DNA of 64,000 bases from Tubulanus polymorphus (Eukaryota; Animalia; Nemertea), in contig NC_134025.1 of the NCBI RefSeq assembly GCF_964204645.1, forward strand, positions 7,130,001 through 7,194,000. The letters run 5' to 3'. A model generated the notes under the pieces. The model was not told the origin of the DNA. It made no database searches and saw nothing but the letters and a program-made list of their open reading frames with translations. The position numbers were made by a program, and so were the translations under genes. Shown piece after piece: positions 28,194 to 42,582 of the stretch. The stretch's first letter is position 1, and each line of letters opens with the position of its first letter.

Positions 28194-28606
28194 TATTCAC
28201 CTTGCCGTTGATGAAAATACTATATACGTGTTGCGACGATAATATAGAAAAAATCCCACGACAAAGACAAAAAACAAAGTCCGAACATATTTCTGATTTT
28301 TATCCATTCTCTATTGTATTTGTATAGTTACCGCCTAGCTTGCTCCGTTGTTTTTAGCGTGTAACTGTTTCTATGTTGATTTTCCCCTTTAGTTTGTATC
28401 ACTTTTGATTACTGAAATTAGTGTCTTTGCTCTGAATTGTAAATATATTTCATAATTTCTGTTGTAACTCAGTATTCCTGAAGATGACTATTAGAATATA
28501 GCCGAAACGTCGAATAAACTACTAGCTCTAGGAAACATCTTCGGACTTTAGGTTTTTCGTATTGATTGTGGGATTCTCTCTATAATATTCACCTTACTTT
28601 GATGAG
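28194..28606 (+). mobile_element. Non-autonomous Penelope-like (pLTR) or retrozyme-like unit carrying the hammerhead
   Basis: Inverted arms 28241-28293 and 28532-28589 (~80% identical by eye). Flanking direct repeats tattcaccttgccgttgatga (28194-28214) and tattcaccttacttttgatga (28586-28606) match at 18/21. Internal hammerhead plus AATAAA; no RT or GIY-YIG ORF. Confidence 0.6.
28473..28516 (+). ncRNA. Minimal type I hammerhead ribozyme (Penelope-like element type)
   Basis: UAUUC-CUGAAGA-U-GACUAU-uagaau-AUAGCC-GAAA-CGUC^GAAUA. Stem I UAUUC/GAAUA is a perfect 5 bp. The CUGANGA and GAAA core boxes are intact. Stem II is 5/6 bp. Stem III is reduced to a palindromic ACGU. The GUC cleavage triplet ends at 28511. 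An AATAAA overlaps at 28513-28518. Confidence 0.75.
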
Positions 28607-31600
28607 CTAATGGGTTGTTCATCTCGGCCAAAACCAGCTGATTTTTCACTGGGTGACGTAAATTATCTTGTAAAGGCGGGAAACAGATGAATGAAATCGG
28701 CGTTCGTGTGAGAAGCAACAGCATTGATTTGCTGACTGCGCGTTAGTCGCATCCGTCTGCTGTCGAGCGATTGATAGCCATCGAGCAATCAAATTTGTCT
28801 AACTCGATTCGAGTGAGATTCGTGCCAGTTTTTCTGAAACACGTAGCAGATCAGTCAAACGTCGACTCGCGTGAACATCAAAACCGTGTATACGACAAAA
28901 CCGGCGCCGCCGACTCCCCGAGTCAAGCGAAACATATTGATCCCTGTTTCTTGTGACTAACGTGATGCAGTATCGTCTCTACGCCATCTCGATCCGCGTC
29001 GGACGAGTTCAAGAACTGGCCAGGTAAAAAACCAGCGAATGAGCGAACGAAGGTGTTTATTCTGACTGGGAATGAAATGTGACTAATACGCACGATATCG
29101 GAGCTAGGTAGCGTTTTTCTCGTTTCGTTAATCCCCACGAAATATCAATAAGCCAACGACGCCGTTCATTTAGCCAAGCCAGAAAGTCAGAAATTGATTG
29201 GAGGTTGGTGTGAAAAAGCGACCTAAAGAAACTCTTGAGAGATTTTATCAATTTGAATAGATTATACTAGCCATTACACGGAATCGCGTGTACTGCGAGT
29301 AACATCGCTCGAACGTTAGCATCAAAAAAGCCTTTGTATTCCCTGAGCGACAGTCAAATCTAAATACGTAAAACCAGGACTTTAAGACAACGTTCGACCC
29401 GGGAATTGTTTGCATGCATAAAAAATGCCGAAGACATTACGCAGCACTGGCTACTATGCTGCGGATAGGGACCTCTTCACTGGGTATGTTTGATTTGAAA
29501 ATACACCGGAAAAATCATTGGAAAGATCGAAATATACACATTAGTAATTTTTTCATTTGGTGAATTTGCCACGTTTAAACAGTTTCCAATTTCCAATACA
29601 AGGTGCCAATGGTGCATTTCCAATCTTTAATCGGCCAAATGCCAGGTCATTCCAGCATTTATATTTTTTTCAGACAAAAATGGAGTTGGAATAGATTTTG
29701 CGATAACCAACGCACACAGGAAAATCAGTCACAACAACAAATCAATGACTGTGCACTAGATATCCTCAAAGGTTTCTGTGCTCTGAAATTGGAAAATCCA
29801 TCCTTGCCATTGATATCTAATTTGATCCGTATTCGGCGCAAAGTTAGTCAATGTTTTCCAAGAATTGAACTAATCTCACCAGTCTCACGGCGAGAAAATG
29901 AGGAATGAATGACGATTTTCGTCGTTCTGTCACACCAGCTAGTGATGTATACGTGTAATAGTATACCAAAGAGTTGCAAATAAAAGAAGTGAATGTATGT
30001 ATGGTTTCTAGAAACCCTCGGTATTATACGATGACACGTGGATAAGGTTTTTTTTCAGGTCAGAGCATAGATTTTTAAATTTGACGTCACGTTGTCATCT
30101 AAAAGAGAACTACAACATATATTTCAATGAATATTTTCTAGCATCCTTCAAGCACTGCGCCGAATAAGGAATTACGTGAATAAAAGAGAAGAATTAAAAG
30201 GTTTTAAGACCTGACAGAAAACTATTCGCTGAGCTGAAATAAGTACGTCCAGGCAAGTCGATTGTAAACGGGAGTACGAAACAAATTGACGAATGTCAGT
30301 AGAGACGAAATTCTGAGTGTCAATGAGTCACAAATACCCGAACAGGATGTACACCCATCTCCTAGAGTCCCCGAGTCTTAATAAATTTCTAGATACGTAT
30401 CATCTCTGATAGTCAATGCAGCAATAATCTAAAGAGATAGTCTGCTTATACACGTATTGTAAGCTTTGATTTCATACGTAAGTGAACTTCAAAAGTTTTA
30501 TCTCACGATAGTATAGTACGTATGTTAAAATAGAAAACACTTTTAATATTTGATGTACCACTTCATATGATACCGAAAAATATTCAAATTATTATATATA
30601 TGAGTATATGTATAAAGCCAGTTATTACGTGGTAAATGTGTAAACCTGCCATTTCCTAATTAACACCCGACAGTTCAAGCAAGACGTTTCCCGTGTGCCG
30701 AATGCGAGATGTCAAACATAAGCTGAAGCAAACAGAAAAAGATACCAAACGAATCAATAGGCGTTAGGCTGGAAATATTGGCCCAAAGTTAATATGACAC
30801 ACGATCAAACGATGCACAGACCACACACTGCATCATCACACGCTTCACTGCTTATGACGATATCATTATTAAATGATTCGTTCGCGTTGCGTATTTTAAC
30901 AGGGGATGCTTTACAATTCGTGTATCATTAATAAATGGCGAAATAATTTCTTTACCTGCATAAATATTAGAAAAGCAATAACTTATAATAACTCGATTGT
31001 TGCTCTACTCCTCACCCTGCACAAATTTACCGTATTTGTCAGTGTGACAGAAATTAAAAACGCTTAATTAAGATGGCATAACGTACAGCGGAGTCAGAAC
31101 TCTACCGGCTGGTGTATGCGATGCACTTAACTCTACAAAACAGATAACATAATGCGCACCTCACTTCTAAGTTCTCATGCAGTTCACCTCGCCTGTGAAA
31201 ATGACGCAGAGCTCATGAAATAATCAAATATTGTATACGAAGATGCGAAATGCAACATCAAGTGTTTGTCGTTTATAAACTGTTTCGATAGCGAATACAA
31301 AGGAACCTTTCTTCACATGTATAGGGCTTCGTCAAAGTGGCATTTAAGATCACCCGTATTCCCCGGAGCCCCCGAGTACCTGCAAGCTTTACCTACAGTT
31401 AATATCCGAATGTCGATAGGTTTTTAGTATCGATGAGCGTATACGTTTATTCATCGTGCCCGGGTTTGTTATCGTAGTACCATTGATAAGACTCCCGGCA
31501 TCGGGTGACTATTTCATTCATTCATTTGATTCGGGGCAATGAGATCTCGGAGAATGAACGCCCGCGCTGAAAGCGGCTGATTATTAGCGGGATTGTTACG

Positions 31601-33842
31601 AAATCCAGGGTTCACTTCATTCGTCCAACCACAGCCGCGAACGCTGATGAACGTTTCGGTGATATCATCTTTAAGATACAACCTCGATACCGATGTCAGC
31701 CGCGCGGATCTGTGCTGATTCCGACGACAAGTTATTTTTATCTTCGCCATACTCCCACGTACGGTTAAAAACCATTTTGTCTTACTTTATATATTCTAGA
31801 GATTAATGATCTTATGATCCCGTGTTCTTTTCTTTTGCTTCATCGCATTTCACATGGTTATATGAGGGCTTTGTGGAGACCTATCCCGCTATTTTTAACC
31901 TGATAGATGTAACGTCATAATATGGTTGAATAAAATTAACTAGATATAAACCTGGTTGAATTAATTTCTAAAATAATTTCAAGACTAGTCAATGCCGTAA
32001 ACAGGTTTGATTGCGTCGGGTACAGTCCATCCTTCAGACAGCATTATCAATTCCGACTAGAGAGAATGAAGTCGGTTATATCCAGTAATAGCCTGTCGAG
32101 TCAGCTCATTTTCTAATATCATGTCGCGATAATTCAGTTTTCAATGAATTCATCCATCACCATTACGAGTTTAATACGATCAAGACAGAATCGCGAGCAG
32201 TCGATAGCCCGAACAACCGTGCGAACAGGAGAGGCAACAGAACCGCATCGGTGTAGCGCACGATCGAGGCTGAGCAACCGATTCTGTAACAACGCAAATA
32301 AAGAGTTGTTGTTTTTTTTATATATTCCACGTGCCTCGACGAAGTCAAGCGGCTTATGAGGAAACTTAACATTTATTAATGGGCTTATTATTTGATCTTT
32401 GATTTCTATGTAATTTTCTATTTTGTCGGCTGAATCAAATTCGAATGAAATGTTTGATCCGTCATTTTCGCTGCGTATAATTCACGTCGTCGGTAAATTG
32501 AAAACATCGCGGCGAGACTTCATCGTCGCAGACGCAGTGAATTCCGTATGTTTCAAGTTAATCAATCATTGTGATTATTGAATAGAACTATCCGATTTTT
32601 GTCTGAAGAATATTCAGCGTAACCGAATAGAACGATTCATGTTTTCAGATATACGACGTATACAATACATTTTCGCCGATCTCAATTAATATCGATATGA
32701 CTTGTGGGCTTGAGTTTGAATACACGGTGTCGTAAATATATACACGGTAAATGAGTGTTTCTCTCGTTACGGTATTTTTTGATAACAGGGTTTTCTGCAA
32801 CGTGAAAATTAAACAGAAAATCATTTTGTATTGCTCATGAATTCGACCTCCGCAAATAACGAGACAGTTTTGGGGTAACTTGTTGGACTTGTCGTATCTA
32901 ACTGATATACACTTCATTTTTTGGTATATCAAGGGGTGTTATGATTTCTCCTAGGAAAAAAACATACTGTCTACATGTAAAGATGTTTAGGTCTTCGTCA
33001 CTGGCCAGGGATGATACCCTATGCTATGGCGCCTACTTGCCGGGATAGTCGAGAATGGTGCTCAGATTATCGATGACGAGAATTCTATAACTACGGTAGA
33101 TTTGTTTATTTATTGCTGGATGCAACATGCAACAACGATAATTTGGGTTCGAATCCTCGAACCCTCGAAACTCTTACTCAGTTCCATAAATCATTCTCGA
33201 GTCCAGAATTTCAGATTTTTTTCGATGCCTGATATACAAAACAGACATAATTTCGGATATCGAAAAATAATGATTTACAAGCATTAAAATTGTAAATCGA
33301 TACAGATAATTTCTATCAGATCACGTCCTGCCCATGAGTGTCATTCATGAAATTGTGTAAATGCATTCGGAACTTTCTGGCCTATTATCGTCATGTTCTT
33401 CGTTCGCGCATCCAACTATCTAATCGGCATGTAATTCAGCACACAGACACATTCACAAGGAGGAGAGACGGACAGAAATAATAATTCCTTTCAATTTCCT
33501 GCCAAGCATCGCCATGGCGAAGGACATGCATGCCGCCATCAGCGAAATCTCCTTAATCCATCAAAACCCTGGTCGAATCACCGCACGATCAAAATAAAAT
33601 CGCTTTCGATAATCAATTTCGTCGTGAATCGCTTCTCATATTTCACCGGTGGTTGCACGAACGCGATCCAACTGCAGCTGTAATTATTGAGTCTCTCGCG
33701 CGCGTACAGGATTCTTCATTCATATTTGTGAAGATTTAATATAAAATCCCCGACAGACCATCGCTACCCAAACCGATGACTGTGTTTGATGGGTTCAGAT
33801 AACTATTTAAGAAATTCGGCGCTTTTTTGTTGTTTTGGCGTT

Positions 33843-33975
33843 CAGGGGCCAGTTCCTCGAAAGTTTGTTAGACATAACCAGTGGATAGCTGACATAGCGA
33901 CGATTAAAAGTTCATTGTTACTATGGTACTTATCCGCTGGTTATTTTCAACCAACCTTTGAGCAACTGGCCCCTG
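33843..33975. mobile_element. 133-bp palindromic MITE
   Basis: The first 45 nt (caggggccagttcctcgaaag...) match the reverse complement of the last 45 nt at 37/45, and the terminal 12 bp are perfect. Confidence 0.85.
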
Positions 33976-36900
33976 GTGTTCTAGTACCCTATTGCATATC
34001 AGGAATTTGTATGTAATGGCCTGAATCAGCCACCATGTAAAACCTACAATCGTATTCGTTTGGAAACATGATTTTTATTGCACGATACCAAACGAACTGC
34101 CATTGCATGTGACATCGCAGCTTCATTTGGTAAATAAACCCTTTTTGGATAATTAGAACTTCCCCGGGGATTCTGAACCTACACTGGAAGTGTCTAGGGA
34201 TATCGGACGTTTGCTAATGAGTAATGATTGGGTAATAACTCGGCAACAAATCCATCTTAGCAAATACTACTTTTTACTACGGGGGCTAGTCCTGCGGCGT
34301 ATCGCGACATGAGCTTATACCCAGCTCCATTAATTGAGGAAGGATTAACGATATTTAATCGGCCATATCCCTGACAAAACGTAGATTGTTTCCATAGGAC
34401 GTGGTCGCCAAACTTCAAACTCATCTATATACGATACACTCCATTATTACTTATAAAGAATGATTTAACGTGTTAAAGTAAATGACCGACCTCTGATGAA
34501 CCGATAGACTGTAACTTGACAATGGACAAGGGTGACACAGGATATTCTAGAACAACAGACGAGATGTCCCAGGCGTAAGTTCACCGAGGTTAATGAAGCA
34601 CAAGAAATGCTGGCAATAAAACCTCATGCAATATTTATCCACGCAGAAGTGAAAACACTAAATCCACGGTATAACAACAATTCATTAAGGCTTCAGCTTT
34701 TCCTAATCCTTCACTCATTGCTGGAAGATTTAAATGGGGCTGATGTTAACGTGAATGAGACATCCACGCTCTACTACTTGTGCTATCCAGACCATCGTTA
34801 AGATTTTAACCCTTAAAACAGAACTAGAAATGAAAGGACACGAATGAACCTCCTTCAAATTTTTCTATATCGCAGCGGCATTGAAAACTTGAAATTCGTC
34901 TTTACTTTTATAACCAGCTGATTCCGCTATACTGGTGTTGGAATCTGAATCAGGCAACGTATCAGCGAGATTTTCTAATAATCTATATATTTTTAGCAAT
35001 CAATCAATCAATTGGGCACATTTTCATTTCATATCGAAGATTTATAAGCCACTGTTGAACCTTCGCGTTAATAAAATAACGTTTTCCGATGCGGAATATC
35101 GGCATAAACACAGTGTTGCGGCATCTGTTCAAAGCTCGCATTTTCCCACGAATCAAACTTATTTTAATCTCCTTAAACACTAAGCGATTTTCGGCCTGAT
35201 TTTCACGACAAGTGCTCTCCAAAGAACAGTATATGGCAGAAATCATGATTTTCTGAAACACATGTAATCAAAGTAATGCGCTCCCACTATTCCCTCGCAA
35301 TCATTATGTACAAAATTAAAATGTAATCACCAGCAATTGATTGCCATAAATCCAACGAAATTGTCAGTGCATTATTTCAGTTAATCGTTTTCTACTTCTC
35401 AAACGAATATTCAATTGGTTCGAAAATGTTGTTTACGGGATAATTACTAGAGCGATGTAAACAACAAATGGTATTTTCATTAGATCAAATGGCTGTCAAC
35501 CTAAAAACTAGATAACAAATCCATTTAATATTTCGACGACCTATCTACTCATATATACGCCAAAAATATATTTATAGGGATCCTAATATTTCATTATCAA
35601 ACATCACCCATTTCACTTGAACGTAAGATAAGCGATACATTTTGTGAAAGAATTCTTTTCAGCGATGAAGTCTTTATCGCCGACAAGTTCAAGCGACAAG
35701 GCTTATATCTTACGCGAAATCTTTTTCGGACGGAATGTGCACGAGTGCATCGCATAGTGCGAAATAAACTGTGCTACGACCTTCAGGGTAAACGATAGAT
35801 AGAGATAGACGATGCACTGAATTTTCTACCTTCGTGATTTCAACAACGCTATATTGAAGAATCGCTTTCAGCCTTATGTGAAAAAGAACAAGATTGAAAT
35901 GACAAGTAAATTAGTTTCATTAGATGTGTTCTTTATAGAGATACTCATTAATTCTACGTAATCTGCGCAATTACGTTTATACCCAATGAAACTAAGGTCA
36001 CCATATGAACTGTTCGACCAGCGCTCATTCGAGAGATCGAGAAAATCTACTTCCCGACTTCAATTTCATAAGAATAGTCGCAACTAGTCGTTCAATAATC
36101 TGATATTAAGATCTGGGACGACGCCTGGAGACGTTGAACAGAAATTCCCGACTAAAAAAAAGTATGCGATAGCATACGTTTTTCCAAGCGAACTGATATA
36201 AAAACGATTTCTTTTTCGTGTGTTTCACCAAATAAGAACTAGCTGTATTTCGATGGCTTATACGTGTCACATGAGGCTCGTCTGCGTCGGATCGGAGAGA
36301 CAACATTTTCCAAGAAAAGATTTAAAATAAAACGCAGTAACGCTAAATGCTGAACAGTATGTCGCTGGAAAATAATACTCTATCATCATGTCCACGCGTA
36401 ATTTTCTCAACGACACACGATCCCGAAGACGGACATAATCGTCTGGTCAATACGACTAAAAAATGTCAATCGAGATTGTCATCGAGAGCTACGTCGAGAG
36501 CCAGTTTAGCTTTGTAGCGTCGTTGCCCGCAGGGTCGCAACGACGACAGGGGCCAAATGTCATATTTGCGAGCGAATGACACCGTGTGAGTAGATTATTT
36601 CAGCCTCATCCTCTCGCAGAGTCGATGATGCCGCCGCAGTTACATGTCTGTGAGTCACAACGGGAGCCAGTGACAAATCCGCTTCTATACTACCTTCATA
36701 AGAACTGGGGCGCGCTGTTGTCGCCTGTGTCTTATTTCATTGATACTGATAAACTGACTTGTTTAATATTCGAACGGTGCGTTCTTATTTGCGACAAGTG
36801 AATAGTGTCGTCTCTGATCTTTCGATTAGAATCCAATATCAATCCATACCAAATAATTTACCCGTCTTAAACGCATTGTTGATTACTCCAAGGTTACGTA

Positions 36901-39151
36901 GATGTATCTAAAAATCTACGAAAAAAATTGAGGGTTTTTTGTATGGAAACAAGAGCAAAATGAATACCAAGATGTTTGTAGCCTCTCTATATTGGATCAG
37001 TGAGAGAGAGAACTACAGATATTAAACTTTTGATAGAGAGACCAATGTTTTGTAAAACTACAGTACATCGCGCCGATTAAAAACTCATTGATAGCTGGTT
37101 TCAAAAAATAATTGATTGCCTACCATTATAAAAATGAACAAACAGAACTTTTAACATGTGATTCCAAAGAAGAGTGTACCTCGCAGGCAGTTTGCTCTAA
37201 AATTCAATCATCTTCATCCTGCCATGTCATTCTTCATTTTTCTAATTATCAAAATTCATTTTTGTTGTTGTGTTCCTGTGGAGGGGGAATGGTCCCCTCA
37301 TTGGATCCACTGCCAATAATGGCTTTCCATACATCCCTGTCATAATAGTACTATGTAATGTTACGAAAATGTATGAAATGTTCGTATTTGACTAAATGAA
37401 TTATAATTATCATCAAATCATTAATCAACAACAAAGTTTTTGATTCTATTGTGGTTCTACAAACTATAGATCTGTTTTGGATGTAAATGGGTTATTTACG
37501 ATTTTTACGTTAGGAAATTCACGGTGTTCGTATCGACGTGAGTCGTATTTCAGAATCTACCGTTCAACCGGAAACGCGTGAAGATATTCTGTAAGACGAT
37601 ACCGCGAAACACGCTTTAACTAGCAATTCAAATCTCGATTACAGGTCGCGAAAACAGTTGTTCATTTCGACGTCGTGGAGAAAGCTAATTCTGACATCAG
37701 CGGCAACGCCAGAGATAGCGAGGCAAGGGAAAGATGCGCACACAAAATCGATGCTCGTAACATAACTAATCATTGATGCGGCCCCGTCTCCGAAATTACC
37801 GCCGTAGCGAGAGAAACGCATTGAAAACCTAGAATCGATTTTAGATTAGTAACCAATGAACACCGACTGTTCTATCATTTTTCATGGCGGAAGTTCAACG
37901 TCGATATATTGGATTACTTCCTGCCGAGACAATTCCAGTTATTTTCACGCGATTCGCGCACTCGCCACTCACACGCACACTCACTCGCGTCGCATCGAGT
38001 TCGAGAAATACATCCCCACTTTAAAACGGCAAGAAAAGAATCTATTCTAAGACGCTTTAAGTTCTATTCAACGCATTGAACTCTTTACAAAACGGATCAA
38101 TTCCGCCAGTGTAATTTAGACATATTAACAGCTCCGACTTGCCGCTTACGATAATATTTTCACGAAAAAAATTCTCAAGCAGATCCGAGAAAAAGAAAAA
38201 GTAAAGATCGTTTTCTATTATATTCCAGGGATTTTTTTCTGTTTGTATGGCAGTAGAATCCTCGATGGAGAAATATTCTGCGGATTGTCAGCGATGTCAA
38301 GATGGTTTTCATATCGCATGTCATTTACGCGTCTAGTTCTCGATGTTTTGACAACTCTCAACATACACGAGTATTTCCTGAACAAGTTGTTCTAATGCGG
38401 CGTCGATATCCGAATGTGTCATTTTAAGGAATACGAACAGAGTCGCGTTGACATGAGAAAATCTTTCAAACCAAATCACCGAGCGTGTGTGTGTGGGGAC
38501 GACAACGGCGAAAATATGAAACTTCTAGCGGGACATGAGTGAATTCTCTCCGGAGGCTAGCATACACACACCGTAATAAATCAACATTTCTTGAATTAAC
38601 TCTAATGAGTTTGGTGCTAAAAATCACGTGTTAAATTCGCGACGACGCCGATGGTAATTTGTTAGCGACTGTTTACAACAAATGCAAACCGTACATTTAT
38701 CATTGGCGGCAAGAATTTAACAATATACTACTAGCTTGTCACGACATGCCACGCGATAACGTGGCTGCTTACTGTTCACAAACGTAATTACCAATCGGAT
38801 TTCAGATGTCTACGGCGCTCGTTTCACAATCAAAGGTGCCCGTTTCGATTGAAGCGATATCCGCCTAGAGGGAGATTTCGAATTATTCAATCAATTAACT
38901 AGTAAATTTCATTCGTTTAAGTACAGATCGCAGGGTTTTTCACAGATCAATGCCGACAGCATTCAGCGATCATCATACCCTGCTTATTGTAAGAGTACTT
39001 GCCAGAGAAGAGTACTGTAAAGGCACTTCAATAAGGAATTCAATTCAGTGAATTTTCTTCAGTACAATCAGGTTGATATTTTTGCCTGTGGACAAAATCT
39101 GATGTATACAGTTTATAATGTCACTTCCATCAAACTGTATAACCACTTGCC

Positions 39152-39215
39152 AAGTGGACTAGTCCTATTGGTTTACTGGTTCTACGTACGAGACCCGGGT
39201 TCGATCCTGGTGAGT
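39152..39215 (+). mobile_element. tRNA-derived SINE head (degenerate pol III internal promoter)
   Basis: A-box-like gtggactagtcctattgg. B-box GGTTCGATCC at 39198-39207 sits within a T-arm-like stem ccggg/cctgg. No complete cloverleaf. Confidence 0.5.
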
Positions 39216-42200
39216 GCACGTAAATTTCACTGTATCACTTAATCGTTGTATCGGTGGGGAATCCGAAGTTATCTCGGTAAAACCTCGTTCCGCATGGACA
39301 ACAGGATCAATAATACAATCATAGTAATTCAGACTCGATGATTAACGCCCGAAGACAGTCAAAATTAACGAGTTCGAACAAGTTCTTGGTTTGCTGTTCA
39401 GCACGCTCGCTTTCTTACGTGATCTCGCTATCACTTCTTAATCGTTACGCCCTATAGTTATTTCTATAACACTGTCTTCATCTTCTACCCTATCAACATC
39501 CACACCACTCTCCTTCCTTCATTCATTCCATCCCTCCATAAGCCTATCTGATGTGGACAAAAAAGGTCATCTTTTTAGTAATTTGTTTTAATTTCGAGTA
39601 AATGCGCACCGTATATCGCAAAAAAATAACAATGTCATTTCTCGTATGGATGATAATGAGTGAGTCTTGTTAGTCTCACGTTGGCATTCTATAACGGTAG
39701 ACAGTGGGAATGATGGATGCGACGAATTAACGATCTTATATCTAGAATATCCTATCAATTGCATCAAAAAAGTTTGATAAATCCATCACACAATTACCCG
39801 CACGACTTCACTAAGACATTTTCCCTGACATCTATCTATATCAATCTTTCTATATTCCATCAACTACTACTCTACTATGCGCGTTACGACACACGGCGAT
39901 GGAGTCGGGCCATTCAATATAGATGACAATCATACGATTTGATTCAAATACAGAATGAAATATAGATATGGAAATCGGAAGGTAAAATGCGACATTCGCG
40001 TTAAAAAACCCGTTCCCATCTTGTTCGTAGCCAATATTTTCTACGAGATTTTATCTACAAGAAATGCGTTTTATAGCATACATATGGCCGGACATCTCTT
40101 ACTTTCAAATCAATGCCTTCTTTCGACGGATCGACCTGCGCGTAAAACTGTAAAATAGCAACACTGGCAGCACTAATAACTAGTTCGATCCGGCGAGTTG
40201 ACGAATACCGAGCGCAGATGGCATCGGGGATATGAGTCGATTGAATATTCTCCTGTAATTGATACTTAATTGGAAAAAGTGGCTGGAGATGTACTTGCGG
40301 CAAATACAAGCAATTATTCGGGTCGAGATGGTAAACATGTTACAGCCGAAAAATCAATTTATTATGAGCCCAATGTCAACATTAACCCATTAAACTTCGA
40401 TGTGATAATTCAATTCCGACTTGGAACTCGTTGCTTCGGTGCAAGATGAGGAATTTACTTATGGCGTCCATATACTTAAAATGTCCTCTGTTCGTAAGCT
40501 TGATGACACCATATTGATGGTCAATACAAAGAGATATTTACATGGCATTTCCCCGAAATTTGTAAAAGACTATAATAACTTTCGTTATGTATAGCAGGTT
40601 TCCACTGGCGGACAGACAATCTATGACGTCACGTACACGGCCTACACGTACGATACAGGGTCCTAATGATAGTTCCAAGACCGTACCGTCGATACCTAAA
40701 AGCTTTTACAACTGCAGAAAATTAGGGTTAAAGGTAAAGAGGAAAGAGTTTAAGGTCTAGAGGATTTGGGTCTAGAATTGAATCCAGAGGCTTATAGGGC
40801 ACTAATGATAACCATAAGTCGCTTGAGAATAAAGCAGCCATAATCATTGTTCCCCGTTTGTCGAATTTCACTATGATCTAGAAACTGTTTACAAATCGAC
40901 TAGATCCAAAAGATTTCCTTTCTAGAATAAGTAGAGAGGAATTTTCATCGGCAAAAACATATTTCAAAAAATTTCACTGGTGTACTACTCCTCCACATGT
41001 GTTTTCGTCCGACAGATCCTCTTCGTTTTCGATGCGTTTCGGTTTCTATTATCACACACTGCATTAAACGAAAAAACGCCTGCAGTCACGAGGAAACTAA
41101 GTTATTTGCGCGAGCACAATTATGAATTGAATAGAAATTAGCGAAAGTTGTAGAGAATGCTGCCTTTATCGATCGGATAGAAGTTTAGTTTAATTCGAAA
41201 ACTAAACATAAAACGAAAGACAAACATCGTCTATAGCCTTTTATGGGCGTGTATTAGATTTCTTAAGAAGAAAGTTTCTATTTTCGGAAGAAAATCAAAA
41301 TCTAATCAGCCTAACTGCTGAAGGGTATTCTGTGAGAAGCGACTACAAAATGATGAGGAAATTGTCTCAGGATAAAGAATCCATATTTGTTGACATATGC
41401 GGCTCTATATGAAAAGTTCGTCCAAAAGCTGTCATGGATTGGGTTTATAATTTCATATAATAAAAACGGTTCTTAAATCGCCATTTCATCGATACATGTA
41501 TATCTTGAGAAATATAAATGTGTCTGTTTTGTAATGAAACCTCTATTTGGTATGTAGTTTTGTTCTTGTTAAAGGGCAATGCGTTCCATATAGTTCTCAT
41601 CTAGAAGAATGCACAGTCATTCTTAAAATGAACGGTTGCATTGTCGACACAAGAACGCTGATCCATCATTTGTCACTCCAGCGGCGATTAATAACGTATT
41701 ATCATCCAGCAAAACCGACCATCATCTCATCCATCCAATGCTGCAAAGATGCACCGCTGATACTATAAACGGTTGTACACCGATGGCATATCTTTCGTTC
41801 GTTCAGCGTAGGTTTTTTTCGTAATCATTCCCTCATGCTGCACTAGCGTTTTACGGGCGCAAACTGAATCCAATTATACGATTGCGAACGAAAGGATGGA
41901 CGTTTCATGTCGGTGCCCTAGTCGTGGGTTGAGTCGTTCGCATACTCACGATTTATTCATAGTTTTCCCCGATTTGGATTCGAGTCACATCGACTTGGTA
42001 GATGAAAAGGGCATTTAGTATACGGAATGGATGTGAGCACGCGACCGATATACCAGTCATACGAGAGACGCTCGGCCCACAAGAAAATCTGAATTAACAG
42101 TCCCGTGTTTTAGGCTACCGAGTAGGTGTAACCGTCACCGGTTCATTGAGAAACAGTCGTAATACTATATACAACTATGATTTTAATTGGATAGCATTGG

Positions 42201-42437
42201 TCATAGGTCAGTGGCAAGTCACCGACGCATCAGGAATATGAAAATCAGGCACTCGATATCAACGAAAGTTCATTCAGAGGGATTCGTACATTAGTGAAAC
42301 TAATCCGGGTATCCGACACCTTGCATGTGACGTCGCATTAATCTTACTCTTGCGGCCAGATCTACAAGACCGTTTTTGACGCCGTGCTCGTTTCATTCCT
42401 GTAACTCAAACCCAACCGACCATAATTGACCAGGAGT

Positions 42438-42582
42438 CAGGTCCCGGTTCCACGATCTGGATTGAAGTCTAAAATCTGACCCCATTATCGCTAAATATTA
42501 AAAATTATTATAAAATTTATTTTAAGGAACTGATTTCAATACAATGGTTAGCCCAAATCAACATCTATGGAACTCGGACCAG
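42438..42582. mobile_element. Small degenerate MITE
   Basis: ggtcccggttccac ... atggaactcggacc inverted termini (11/14) around an AT-rich core. Confidence 0.45.

Noticed and set aside
33145-33157. B-box-like gggttcgaatcct
   Set aside because: No upstream A-box or tRNA-like structure.
39152-39215. Possible tRNA gene
   Set aside because: No acceptor stem or proper anticodon arm, and the T-loop is one nt short; retained only as a SINE head.
40575-40595. loxP-like ataactttcgttatgtatagc
   Set aside because: Only a partial half-site with no inverted second arm; chance similarity.
40725-40775. Telomere-like ttagggttaaagg run (also gttaggttagg near 11733)
   Set aside because: One or two degenerate units only; more likely internal to an eroded repeat than an interstitial telomere.
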